DNA of 64,000 bases. Origin: Candidatus Dormiibacterota bacterium (lineage in GTDB: Bacteria > Chloroflexota > Dormibacteria > Aeolococcales > Aeolococcaceae). The position numbers were made by a program, and so were the translations under genes. Shown here piece after piece: positions 8,635 through 17,434 of this stretch. The stretch's first letter is position 1. Each line of letters opens with the position of its first letter. The notes under the pieces are model-generated. The model worked only from the letters and a program-made list of their open reading frames with translations, did not search any database and had not been told where the DNA came from. The DNA lies in the NCBI GenBank assembly GCA_963777285.1, contig CAVZPR010000001.1, positions 589,039 through 653,038 on the forward strand, read 5' to 3'.

Positions 8635-9701
8635 CCACCCGGCGGGGGCGGGCACCGGAGGACCCTGCCCAGCAGCGTACGGGGGACGCGCACGGCGTCG
8701 CTTCGGCGGCGCTCGACGCGATCGCAGCAGCGCCTGACCTGGCAGCCCTCGAGGCCGTCCGCGCCGATTACCTGGGGCGCGCCGACGGCCGGCTCACCGG
8801 ACTGCGCCGCGGCCTGGGCTCGCTGCCCGACCCGGAGGCGCGGCGAGCGCTGGGGCAGCTGCTCAACACGCTGGTGGAGCGGGTCGACGGCGCGCTGACG
8901 GAGCGCCGCGCCGCCCTGGAGGCCGCGGCCGGCGCCGAGCGCCGCGAGGCCGAGGCGCTCGACCTCTCGTGGCCGCCGCCCCCGCTGCGCCGCGGCCGCC
9001 CCAATCCGGTGACGCGCGCGGAGTCCGAGATGCGGCGCATCTTCGGGCACCTCGGCTACTCGGTCGTGTCCGGACCCGAGGTGGAGTACGACCGCTACAA
9101 CTTCACGCTGGTCAACCAGCCGCCGGGGCACCCCGCGCGCGACGCGCACGACACCTTCTACATCGACGATGTGCGCCTGCTGCGCACGCACACGTCACCG
9201 GTGCAAATCCGCAGCATGATCATGCACGGCGCACCGCAGCGCGTCATCGTGCCCGGCAAGTCGTACCGTCGCGACTACGACGCGTCGCACCTGCCGATGT
9301 TCTTCCAGGTCGAGGGGCTATGCATCGACGAGGGCATCGCCGTGTCGGATCTCAAGGGGACGCTGGAGTACTTCGCACGCGCCTTCTTCGGTGAGCACGC
9401 TCGCGTGCAGTGGCGGCCGCACCACTTCCCCTTCACCGAGCCGTCGCTGGAGATGGAGCTGGCCTGTGTCTCATGCGGCGGCTCCGGCTGCTCGCTGTGC
9501 AAGCACAGTGGGTGGCTCGAGCTGCTGGGCTGCGGCATGGTGCATCCCAACGTGCTGCGCAACGGTGGCATCGACCCGGATCGCTTTTCCGGGTTCGCAT
9601 TCGGCATGGGGATCGAGCGCGCGGCGATGCTCGCGTACGGCATCAACGACATGCGGCTGCTGTACGAGAACGATGTGCGCTTCCTGCAACCGGCGACATG
9701 A
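8631..9701 (+). CDS. pheS: Phenylalanyl-tRNA synthetase alpha subunit
   Basis: GTGA overlap with rplT. Class II motifs [43 protein letters not shown]. Confidence 0.96.
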   Translation: MTTRRGRAPEDPAQQRTGDAHGVASAALDAIAAAPDLAALEAVRADYLGRADGRLTGLRRGLGSLPDPEARRALGQLLNTLVERVDGALTERRAALEAAAGAERREAEALDLSWPPPPLRRGRPNPVTRAESEMRRIFGHLGYSVVSGPEVEYDRYNFTLVNQPPGHPARDAHDTFYIDDVRLLRTHTSPVQIRSMIMHGAPQRVIVPGKSYRRDYDASHLPMFFQVEGLCIDEGIAVSDLKGTLEYFARAFFGEHARVQWRPHHFPFTEPSLEMELACVSCGGSGCSLCKHSGWLELLGCGMVHPNVLRNGGIDPDRFSGFAFGMGIERAAMLAYGINDMRLLYENDVRFLQPAT

Positions 9702-12196
9702 AGCTGTCGCTGCGCTGGCTGCGCGACTATGCGGCGCTCGACGCGACCCTCGATCTCCTGGTGCGCACGCTGGTCGAGACCGGTACGGAGGTGGGCGCCA
9801 CCGAGGATTTCGCCGCCGGCATCGTCGTGGCGCGCGTGCTCGCACTCGAACCCATGCCCGGGTCCACCCACGGTCTGCAGATCGCCGACGTCGACGTCGG
9901 ACCGTCGCCGCCGCCGGTGCTCGCGGCCATGGGCATCGCCACCGATCCGCTGCGGGTGGTCACGGGCGCCCCCAACGTGCGCGCCGGCGACCTGGTGCCG
10001 TACGCGCCGCCGGGGACGCGCCCGCCGGCCTTGGACGAACCGCTGGGGGTGCGCACCTACCGCGGCAAGCACCGCTCGCCGGGGATGCTGCTGTCACCCG
10101 CGGAGCTGGGCCTGGGCGACGACGCCGGTGGGCTCATGGTGTTGGAGCGCGGCACACCAGGACAGCCGCTGCGCGACGTCGTCGACCTCGATGTGGTCAT
10201 CGACGCAGAGGTGACGACCAACCGCCCCGACTGCCTCTGCCACCTGGGAATCGCCCGCGAGCTCGCCGCCGCACTGGGCGAGCCGCTCAACGAGCCGGAC
10301 AGGTCGATCCCCGAGTCGCACGCATCCTCCGTGGCCACCGCGCAACGCACCACCGTGGCCGTCGAGGATGCCGGCGCGTGCCCGCGGTTCGCGGTGCGCG
10401 TGGTGGAGAACGTGCGCATCGGTCGCTCACCCGAGTGGATGCAGCGCCGGCTTCGCGCGGTGGGGCTGCGACCGATCAATGGCGTCGTCGACGTCACCAA
10501 CTTCGTGGCCCGCGAGCTGGGCCAGCCGCTGCACGCCTTCGACCTCGACAAGCTGGTCGCGGCGACCGCCGCGACGGACGGCCGGGCCGGTGTGGTGGTG
10601 CGCCGGGCGCGCGCCGGTGAGCGCCTCGTCACGCTGGACGGCGTCGACCGCGAGCTGGCGAGCGGTGACATCGCAGTCTGCGCCGGCTCACGAGTGGTCA
10701 GCCTGGCGGGCGTGATGGGCGGCCTGGACACCGCGGTCGACGACAACACCCGCGCCGTGCTCATCGAGGCCGCCACCTGGGACGGCATCGCCGTGCGCGC
10801 CACCGCGACGCGGCTGGGGCTGCGCACCGACGCGTCGACGCTCTTCGAGAAGGGGCTGAGCGACACGCTGCCGCCCCTGGCGCTGGATCGTGCTGCGCGT
10901 CTCATGGTCGAGGCATCCGGTGGGCACGTTCTCGACGGCGCGGTGGACGTGTGGGCCGGGCCGCTGCCCGAGATCGCCCCGATCGCGCTGTCCGCCGGTC
11001 AGATCGAAGCCACGCTGGGGATGGCGGTGGACGCCACCGACGCGGCGACGATCCTGGCGCACCTCGGCTTCGCCGTCGAGCAGAGCGGCGCCGCGCTGGT
11101 GGTGGCGCCGCCCCACTTCCGCCGCGACGTGCACGTGCGCGAGGACGTGATCGAAGAGGTGGGCCGCATGCTCGGCTATGCGCGGGTGCCGAGCACCCTG
11201 CCGGGACGTCGCGTGCCGCTGGGCCCGCCGCTGCCCCCCGCTCCGGTCGAGGACGCTGTGCGCGAAGCCAGCTACGGGGCGGGGTTCGACGAGGCGATCA
11301 CGTACTCGTTCACCGCCGGGGACGTGGCCGCCGTGCTCCCGGGATTGGGCGCCGGCCGGGAGCCGATCCCGCTGCGCAACCCGTTGACCTCGGACTGGCA
11401 GGTCCTGCGCACCGGCCAGCTGCCGGGCCTGGCTCAGTCCCTGGCGCTGAACCTGAGCCGGGGCGTGGAGGAGGCGGCGCTGTTCGAGCTGGGCCGCGCT
11501 TTCTGGGAGGGCGAGCGGCGCGGGCTCCCCGAGGGGTCGACGGCTGACGGGGCCGACTCGCGCCTGACGCCTTTGCCCGCGGAGCCGCTGCTGCTGAGCG
11601 TGATCGTCCACCGCGAGGGCGGCGCGGGCGAGGCGGCGCACACCCTGCGCCACATCCAAGCGCTGTTCCAAAGCCTGGTCCGGGAGCTGGCCGGTGTGCG
11701 GCTCGACTGGGGCCCGGCCGAGCTGGCGGGAATGATTCCCGGTCGGACCGGCGAGGGGGCCGCCGGGGGCAGGCGCGTGGCCGTCGCCGGTGAGCTCGAC
11801 GCTGCCGCGATGCGGCGCTTCGACCTCCGCGGCCGGATCGTCGCCGGGGAGCTCGACATCGAGGCGCTCACCGCCGGGTTCCAGCGGCCGGTGCGCTACG
11901 CACCCCCGCCGCGGCTTCCCGCCGTGGTCCATGACCTGGCGGTCACGGTGCGGTCGGACGAGCGCGCCGGCGCGGCGCTGGATGTCATCCGCATGGCCGG
12001 CGGCGACCTCCTGGAGCAGGCTGAGCTGTACGACGAGTACCGGGGCGAGGCGGTCGGCGCGGGACGCAAGGGCTGGACCTTCCGCCTGACGTTCCGGGCT
12101 CCGGACCGGACCCTCACCGGCGACGAGGCGGTGGCGGCACAAGCGGCGATCGCGCGCGCCCTGCAGGAGCGCTGCGGCGCGGAGGTGCGCGCATAG
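9698..12196 (+). CDS. pheT: Phenylalanyl-tRNA synthetase beta subunit
   Basis: ATGA overlap with pheS. N-terminus [12 protein letters not shown]3/4 and B5 domains. C-terminal FDX-ACB-like end (WTFRLTFRAPDRTLT). Confidence 0.95.
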   Translation: MKLSLRWLRDYAALDATLDLLVRTLVETGTEVGATEDFAAGIVVARVLALEPMPGSTHGLQIADVDVGPSPPPVLAAMGIATDPLRVVTGAPNVRAGDLVPYAPPGTRPPALDEPLGVRTYRGKHRSPGMLLSPAELGLGDDAGGLMVLERGTPGQPLRDVVDLDVVIDAEVTTNRPDCLCHLGIARELAAALGEPLNEPDRSIPESHASSVATAQRTTVAVEDAGACPRFAVRVVENVRIGRSPEWMQRRLRAVGLRPINGVVDVTNFVARELGQPLHAFDLDKLVAATAATDGRAGVVVRRARAGERLVTLDGVDRELASGDIAVCAGSRVVSLAGVMGGLDTAVDDNTRAVLIEAATWDGIAVRATATRLGLRTDASTLFEKGLSDTLPPLALDRAARLMVEASGGHVLDGAVDVWAGPLPEIAPIALSAGQIEATLGMAVDATDAATILAHLGFAVEQSGAALVVAPPHFRRDVHVREDVIEEVGRMLGYARVPSTLPGRRVPLGPPLPPAPVEDAVREASYGAGFDEAITYSFTAGDVAAVLPGLGAGREPIPLRNPLTSDWQVLRTGQLPGLAQSLALNLSRGVEEAALFELGRAFWEGERRGLPEGSTADGADSRLTPLPAEPLLLSVIVHREGGAGEAAHTLRHIQALFQSLVRELAGVRLDWGPAELAGMIPGRTGEGAAGGRRVAVAGELDAAAMRRFDLRGRIVAGELDIEALTAGFQRPVRYAPPPRLPAVVHDLAVTVRSDERAGAALDVIRMAGGDLLEQAELYDEYRGEAVGAGRKGWTFRLTFRAPDRTLTGDEAVAAQAAIARALQERCGAEVRA

Positions 12197-12204
12197 CCAC
12201 GACC

Positions 12205-12810
12205 CTGGAGCGCGACTGGTTCGCGCGGCCCGCGGCGACGGTGGCGCGCGGCCTCGTGGGCTGCACGCTGCTGGTCGACGGGGACACCGCGGACGCGGTC
12301 TGCGCACGCATCGTCGAGGTGGAGGCGTACGAGGGCCTCCGCGACCCGGCGTCGCACGCGCACCGCGGTCCGACGCCGCGCGCCGCCATCATGTTCGGTG
12401 CCGCCGGCTTTCTCTACGTGTACTTCTCGTACGGCGTGCACCACTGCGCCAACATCGTCAGCGACGTGGACGGGACGGCCGGTGCGGTGCTGCTGCGCGC
12501 TGCGTCGGTGGAGCAAGGCGCAGACGTCGTCGCTCGCCGCCGCGGTGTGCGGGATCACGACGCGCTGCTGCGCGGGCCAGGAAACCTGTGTCGCGGCTTG
12601 GGAATCTCACTCGCGGACAATGGGATGGACCTCTGCGCGCCGGGGGCGCGGCTGACGGTGCGGTCGCGCGACGCCGAGCCACCCATCGCCGTCTCGCGCC
12701 GCGTCGGCATCAGCGCCGCAGCCGACCGCGAGCTGCGCTTCACGTGGCGCGATCATCCTGCGGTGTCGGGACGGCGGCCACGGCCGCGCGTCAGCGCATC
12801 TGCGATGTGA
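12205..12810 (+). CDS. mpg: DNA-3-methyladenine glycosylase (MPG/AAG family); probable CTG start
   Basis: VEVEAYEG..DPASHAHRGPTPRAAIMFG.AG.LYVYFSYGVHHC is the MPG family core. The conserved N-terminal LERDWFARPAATVA lies upstream of the first canonical start (GTG 12241). Confidence 0.85.
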   Translation: MERDWFARPAATVARGLVGCTLLVDGDTADAVCARIVEVEAYEGLRDPASHAHRGPTPRAAIMFGAAGFLYVYFSYGVHHCANIVSDVDGTAGAVLLRAASVEQGADVVARRRGVRDHDALLRGPGNLCRGLGISLADNGMDLCAPGARLTVRSRDAEPPIAVSRRVGISAAADRELRFTWRDHPAVSGRRPRPRVSASAM

Positions 12811-12833
12811 CGCGAAGCCGCTGCGGGCGGGGC

Positions 12834-12863
12834 AAAAAAGAAGGGACCGGCTGAGCCGGTCCC
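12834..12863 (-). terminator. Intrinsic terminator, strong on the minus strand and possibly bidirectional
   Basis: GGGACCGGC-TGA-GCCGGTCCC (12843-12863) preceded on the plus strand by AAAAAAGAA. This reads on the minus strand as stem-loop + TTCTTTTTT. On the plus strand it sits 33 nt after the mpg stop with a weaker T-rich tail. Confidence 0.8.
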
Positions 12864-13071
12864 TGTGTATCTGTTGCGCCGTTTCTAAGCGGCAGCCCGG
12901 TAGACATTCCCGGGCCTGATTGTGTTGTGAGGCCGTTGGCCTCAGCGGTACTCGCCCGGTCCCGCGGCGCAGCCGCGACCCCGGGCCTCAGACCTCCGCT
13001 CGGCCGTGCCTCAGTCGTTCCCAGACGGTGCTTGCGATCGTGATCACCTCCGTCTGAAGGGTGTGTACCTT
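12834..13071 (-). ncRNA. Candidate stand-alone structured sRNA (~235 nt), family unknown
   Basis: Minus-strand promoter TTGGAA (13105-13100) - 17 nt - TATCAT (13082-13077). The intrinsic terminator lies ~235 nt downstream. No credible ORF. Many local GC hairpins. CUGAGGC occurs three times. GGAGGUGAUC at 13051-13042. Confidence 0.5.
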
Positions 13072-13143
13072 CCTCGATGATAGACCGAATCCGCGCCGCT
13101 TCCAACACCCAAACCGCGCCCGTGTGGCTGACGAGCGGAGCCG

Positions 13144-13188
13144 TAGAACTCGGAGCAGATCGGAGCCTACAATTCCGAACACTCGTTC
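13144..13188 (+). promoter_or_regulatory. yebC-ruvCAB promoter with LexA (Cheo-type) box
   Basis: -10 TACAAT at 13168-13173. Perfect GAAC-ACTC-GTTC at 13177-13188, just downstream of the -10 and 16 nt before the yebC ATG (SD GGAGG at 13196-13200). Confidence 0.65.
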
Positions 13189-13204
13189 GCTTCCTGGAGG
13201 TCCC

Positions 13205-13963
13205 ATGTCCGGCCACAGCAAATGGGCTGGCATCAAGCACAAGAAGGCGGTCGTCGACGCCCGCCGCGGCCAGGTGTTCACCAAGGTGGCGCGTGAGCTG
13301 GCGGTCTCGGCGCGCGAGGGTGGCCCCGATCCCGCGGGCAACTTCCGCCTGCGCCTCGCGATCCAGAAGGCCCGCGAGGTCAACATGCCCGCCGACAACA
13401 TCGACCGCGCCATCCAGCGTGGCGCCGGCGGCAAGGAGGGAGCGCAGCTCGAGGAGGTGCGCTACGAGGGCTACGGCCCCAACGGCGTCGCCGTGATGGT
13501 CGACACCGTGACGGACAACCGCAACCGGACGGTGGCGGCCATCCGCAACGTCTTCACTCGAGCCGGCGGGTCGCTCGGAGAGACGAACAGTGTTGCCTGG
13601 ATGTTCACGCAGCAGGGCCTGATCCGCGTCGACGCGCGCGGCCGAGACCCCGAGGAGCTGGCGCTCGAGCTGCTCGACGCCGTCGACGTCGGCGACGACG
13701 GCGACGTCACGGTGGACGGCCGTGAAGTGCAGGTGACCGTGGCGCCGGCGCGCTTCGAGGAGACGCGCCGCACCCTCGAGGAACGCGGCTACACCATCGA
13801 CACCGCCGAGGTGACCATGAATCCCAGCACCTCCGTCGAGCTCGACGCGCGCCAGGCACCTGCCGTGCTGCGCCTGCTCGACGCGCTCGAGGAGCACGAC
13901 GACGTCCAGCAGGTCTATGCCAACGCCGAGATACCGGACGACGTCCTCGAATCCGTGGGCTGA
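13205..13963 (+). CDS. yebC: YebC/PmpR family DNA-binding regulator
   Basis: MSGHSKWAGIKHKKAVVDARRGQVFTKVARE ... YEGYGPNGVAVMV. Confidence 0.95.
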   Translation: MSGHSKWAGIKHKKAVVDARRGQVFTKVARELAVSAREGGPDPAGNFRLRLAIQKAREVNMPADNIDRAIQRGAGGKEGAQLEEVRYEGYGPNGVAVMVDTVTDNRNRTVAAIRNVFTRAGGSLGETNSVAWMFTQQGLIRVDARGRDPEELALELLDAVDVGDDGDVTVDGREVQVTVAPARFEETRRTLEERGYTIDTAEVTMNPSTSVELDARQAPAVLRLLDALEEHDDVQQVYANAEIPDDVLESVG

Positions 13964-14005
13964 CGCCCGCCCGGCCCGCCGAAGCCGTGTCGAGGTGAAA
14001 GAGCC

Positions 14006-14132
14006 GTCGCGGGTCCTGCCGCCTTCGGGTGCCCCCCGCGCGGCTCCTCGGGAATCGCCGCGCGGGTTCCTCCCCTCCGGCGTCACCCGCGACGGCACAT
14101 CGATGGTCTTCCCCTCCGGCAGGACCCGCGAC
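14006..14132. repeat. 127-nt GC-rich long-hairpin intergenic element
   Basis: 16-bp closing stem GTCGCGGGTCCTGCCG (14006-14021) / CGGCAGGACCCGCGAC (14117-14132) around ~95 nt. The interior contains an internal 10-bp hairpin CCCGCGCGGC/GCCGCGCGGG and a C(UUCG)G-type loop. Size and build match the elements at 21043 and 22660. Confidence 0.6.
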
Positions 14133-14161
14133 GAGATAGCCGACTCGCCGGACGCGATGGC

Positions 14162-14722
14162 ATGACGCGGGTGCTCGGCGTCGATCCTGGGTTGGGCCGC
14201 ACGGGCATCGCGCTGGTGGACGGCGCGCCCGGGGCGCTGGAGCTGGTCAGCGCGGCGCGGCTGGACACCGTGCCGCAGACGAGCGAGGCGGCGCGCCTGG
14301 CGAACCTGTTCGCCCTGGTGCTGGATGCGATGGAGACGCTGCGTCCCGAGGTGGTCGCCGTGGAGCAGCTTTTCCTGTCGACGAACCGGCGCACCGCCAT
14401 GCGCGTGAGCGAGGCGCGCGGCGTCATCCTCTGCGCGGCGGGCCGGCTCGGTCTGCCCGTCGCCGAGTACACGCCCAATCAGGTGAAGGAGGCGGTGTGC
14501 GGCCACGGCGGCGCGTCAAAGCCGCAGGTGGGCCGCATGACGCGGCAGCTGCTCGGGCTCGACACCGCCTCGGACGACGTCGCCGACGCCTGCGCCGTCG
14601 CCGTCTGCCACCACCACCGCGCGGGTCTCAGCACGCTGCTTCGGGCGGCGCCCCGTGTCATGCCCGCGCGCCTGGAGGCTGCGGTCGCGCGGGCTCGGGC
14701 CAGGCTCGGGGTGGTGCGGTGA
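14162..14722 (+). CDS. ruvC: Holliday junction resolvase RuvC
   Basis: VLGVDPGLGRTGIALVD ... AVEQLF ... DVADACAVAVCH. Confidence 0.95.
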   Translation: MTRVLGVDPGLGRTGIALVDGAPGALELVSAARLDTVPQTSEAARLANLFALVLDAMETLRPEVVAVEQLFLSTNRRTAMRVSEARGVILCAAGRLGLPVAEYTPNQVKEAVCGHGGASKPQVGRMTRQLLGLDTASDDVADACAVAVCHHHRAGLSTLLRAAPRVMPARLEAAVARARARLGVVR

Positions 14723-14727
14723 TCGGG

Positions 14728-15327
14728 ATGATCCGCGGGCGCGTCGCCGCAGCGGCGACGGACCACGTGATCGTCGACGCGGGTGGCGTGGGGTACCTGG
14801 TGTACTGCCACCTGCGCACCCTGGCGGCGCTGCGCGGCTCCGACCGCGACGAGGTGGTCCTGCACGTGCACACCAGCGTCAGCGAGGACGCAATCCGGCT
14901 CTTCGGCTTTCTCAGCGCCGAGGAGCTGCGGCTGTTCCAGCTGCTGATCGGCGTGGAGCGCATCGGCCCCAAGGCGGCGCTGAGCATCCTCGGCCGCGCC
15001 GAGCTGCCGGCGATGGTTCGCGCCATCCGCTCGGGCGACGCCGCGCTCGTGGCGACGGTACCCGGCGTCGGTCCCAAGACCGCGGAGCGCGTGATCCTCG
15101 AGCTGCGCGACAAGCTCGACGGCCTGGCGCTCCCCGGCCAGCCCGCGGCAACCAGGACCGCCCACGAGGAGGCGGTGAGCGCCGCCATCGCCGGGCTCGT
15201 CGGTCTGGGTTTCCGCGAGCCGGAGGCGCGCGCGGCGATCTCGTCGGCCGCCGACGGTGAGGACCTCGACGTCGCGAGCCTGGTGGGACGCGCGCTGCGA
15301 ACGCTCGACGCGGCGGCGGCGCGGTGA
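14728..15327 (+). CDS. ruvA: Holliday junction branch-migration protein RuvA
   Basis: MIRGRVAAAATDHVIVDAGGVGYLVYC ... FGF ... LF..LIGV.RIGPK.AL. An alternative GTG at 14719 overlaps the ruvC stop. Confidence 0.93.
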   Translation: MIRGRVAAAATDHVIVDAGGVGYLVYCHLRTLAALRGSDRDEVVLHVHTSVSEDAIRLFGFLSAEELRLFQLLIGVERIGPKAALSILGRAELPAMVRAIRSGDAALVATVPGVGPKTAERVILELRDKLDGLALPGQPAATRTAHEEAVSAAIAGLVGLGFREPEARAAISSAADGEDLDVASLVGRALRTLDAAAAR

Positions 15328-16373
15328 GCGACGAGCGCGCCGTGGCCGCGGGCGTGCTGGAAGAGGAGCAGGCGAGCGACGTCGCGCTGCGACCCAAGCG
15401 GCTGAGCGAGTTCGTCGGCCAGCCGGCCGTGCACGAGCAGGTGCGCATCCTCGTCGAGGCGGCGACGCAGCGCGGCGAGGCGCTCGACCACGTCCTCCTG
15501 CACGGACCTCCAGGTCTGGGCAAGACGACGCTGGCGCAGATCATCGCCAACGAGATGGGGGTCAATGCGCGGCTCACCAGCGGCCCCGCGCTGGAGCACC
15601 AGGGGATGCTCGCCTCCATCCTCACCAGCCTCGACGACCGCGACGTCTTCTTCATCGACGAGGTGCACCGCCTCAACCGCGCCGTGGAGGAGGCGCTGTA
15701 TCCCGCGATGGAGGACCTGGCCTTCGACTTCGTCGCCGGCAAGGGCGCGGGAGCGCAGACGCTGCGACTGTCGCTCAACCGCTTCACGGTCATCGCCGCG
15801 ACGACGCGCGCGGGCGCGCTGGGCGGTCCGCTGCGCGACCGGTTCGGCGTGACGTTCCGTCTCGACTTCTACGGCGTCGACGAGCTGGTCGCGATCATCA
15901 ACCGCTCGGCGGCGCTGCTGGGCGTCGACGTCGACGCGGCGGGAGCGGCATTCCTGGCGCGGCGCGCGCGAGGCACGCCGCGCATCGCCAACCGGCTGCT
16001 GCGCCGCGCGCGCGACTTCGCGCAGGTGCGCGCCGCCGGGCACGTGGATGAGGCGGTGGCGGCCGCGGCGCTCGACGTGCTCGGCGTCGACGCGCTGGGG
16101 CTCGACGACCTGGACAGGCGTGTGCTCGCCGTGCTCACCGGATCGCTGCGAGGCCACCCCATGGGCGCGCACACCATCGCCGTGAGCGTGCAGGAGGATC
16201 CCGACACCATCGAGGACATCGTCGAGCCGTTCCTCATCCGCATCGGACTTCTGGCGCGCACCCCGCGCGGCCGCCTGGCGACGGCCGCGGCCTACCGCCA
16301 CCTCGGACTGCCGGCGCCGGCGAGCGCGCCTGGAGCGGACCAACCCTCCCAGGCCTCGCTCTTCACGTCGTGA
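15324..16373 (+). CDS. ruvB: Holliday junction DNA helicase RuvB
   Basis: LRPKRLSEFVGQ, Walker A GPPGLGKTTLA, FIDEVHRL, RTPRGR. Confidence 0.97.
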   Translation: MSDERAVAAGVLEEEQASDVALRPKRLSEFVGQPAVHEQVRILVEAATQRGEALDHVLLHGPPGLGKTTLAQIIANEMGVNARLTSGPALEHQGMLASILTSLDDRDVFFIDEVHRLNRAVEEALYPAMEDLAFDFVAGKGAGAQTLRLSLNRFTVIAATTRAGALGGPLRDRFGVTFRLDFYGVDELVAIINRSAALLGVDVDAAGAAFLARRARGTPRIANRLLRRARDFAQVRAAGHVDEAVAAAALDVLGVDALGLDDLDRRVLAVLTGSLRGHPMGAHTIAVSVQEDPDTIEDIVEPFLIRIGLLARTPRGRLATAAAYRHLGLPAPASAPGADQPSQASLFTS

Positions 16374-17434
16374 TCGCCACCCGCAGCAGGAGCGCCACGG
16401 AGCGCACCGGCTGGTACGACTACAGCCTGCCCGCGGATCGCATCGCGCAGGAACCACTTGCCGATCGGGACGCGTCGTTGTTGCTGCACGCCCATCGCGA
16501 CGGCCGGCTCGACGACCGCCGCTTCCGCGAGCTGCCGCAGCTGCTGCGCGAGGGCGACCTGCTGGTGGTCAACGACACGCGCGTGCGACGTGCACGGGTG
16601 CGCGGCCGGTCGGCGGGCGGCCACGACGTGGAGCTGCTGGTGCTGCACGCCCGCGGCGACGGAAGCTTCCTCTGCCTCACCAGGCCGGCGCGTCACGCGC
16701 GCCCGGGGACGCGCATCAGCGTTGCCGCAGACGTCGACGCGGCCGTGCTCGCGATCGACGCGTCGCATCCCGGCGCGCGCGTGATCCGCTTCGACTGCGA
16801 TGACCCCGAAGCGATGCTCGAACGCCACGGCGAGGCCCCGCTGCCGCCGTACATCCGCGCATCGCCGCGCGACGCGGAGCGATACCAGACGCGGTTCGCC
16901 ACAGGACCGCCGGCGTCGGCAGCCGCGCCGACAGCAGGGCTGCACTTCACCGACTCGGTGATGAACGACCTGCAGGCCCACGGCGTGGGCTGGACGGCTG
17001 TGCGGCTCGACGTCGGCCTCGCGACGTTCGCGCCCATCCGCGCGGAGAGCCTGGACGAGCACCGCATGCACGAGGAGCATTTCGAGCTTCCCGGTGAGGC
17101 CGCGGCCGCGATCGATGGAACACGTGCGCGCGGCGGCCGCGTGGTCGCCGTCGGCACCACCGTCGTGCGCGTGCTGGAGACGTGCGCGCAGCGTGACGGC
17201 AGGGTCGAGCCACGCGCCGGCGTCACGGCGCTGTTCCTCCGCCCGGGGCACAGGTTCAGGGTCGTGGACGCCCTGCTCACCAACTTCCACCAGCCGCGGT
17301 CGTCGCTGCTGGTGCTGCTCAGCGCCTTCGCCGGTGACGCGGTCTGGCGCGCGGCGTATGCGCACGCCCTCGCCGGGTCGTACCGATTCCTGTCGTTCGG
17401 CGACTGCATGCTCTGCTGGAACGCCGCAGCGTGA
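16370..17434 (+). CDS. queA: S-adenosylmethionine:tRNA ribosyltransferase-isomerase
   Basis: YDYSLPADRIAQEP, LLVVNDTRV, LPPYI, TAGLHFT, VGTTVVR, NFHQPRSSLLVL. Confidence 0.95.
   Translation: MIATRSRSATERTGWYDYSLPADRIAQEPLADRDASLLLHAHRDGRLDDRRFRELPQLLREGDLLVVNDTRVRRARVRGRSAGGHDVELLVLHARGDGSFLCLTRPARHARPGTRISVAADVDAAVLAIDASHPGARVIRFDCDDPEAMLERHGEAPLPPYIRASPRDAERYQTRFATGPPASAAAPTAGLHFTDSVMNDLQAHGVGWTAVRLDVGLATFAPIRAESLDEHRMHEEHFELPGEAAAAIDGTRARGGRVVAVGTTVVRVLETCAQRDGRVEPRAGVTALFLRPGHRFRVVDALLTNFHQPRSSLLVLLSAFAGDAVWRAAYAHALAGSYRFLSFGDCMLCWNAAA

Noticed and set aside
12834-13105. Tried to assign the candidate RNA to RNase P RNA, tmRNA, SRP/4.5S RNA, 6S RNA, or a riboswitch (TPP, cobalamin).
   Set aside because: No GAGGAAAGUCC/ACAGAA P4 elements. 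No tRNA-like acceptor end or tag ORF. No SRP helix-8 GGAA/AGCA motif. No B12 box or TPP CUGAGA...ACCUGA pairing. 6S cannot be judged by eye. It is therefore left as family unknown rather than named.
14658-16457. Very long antisense or alternate-frame ORFs in the track. Examples: 14658..16457 -, 12791..14506 -, 22992..25223 -, 35696..38335 -, 46316..48409 -, 41812..43254 -, 9391..10620 +, 35611..37752 +.
   Set aside because: They overlap strongly supported conserved genes on the other strand or frame. Their translations are Arg/Pro/Gly/Ala-rich low-complexity sequence, typical of stop-codon-poor high-GC DNA. They carry no recognisable motifs.
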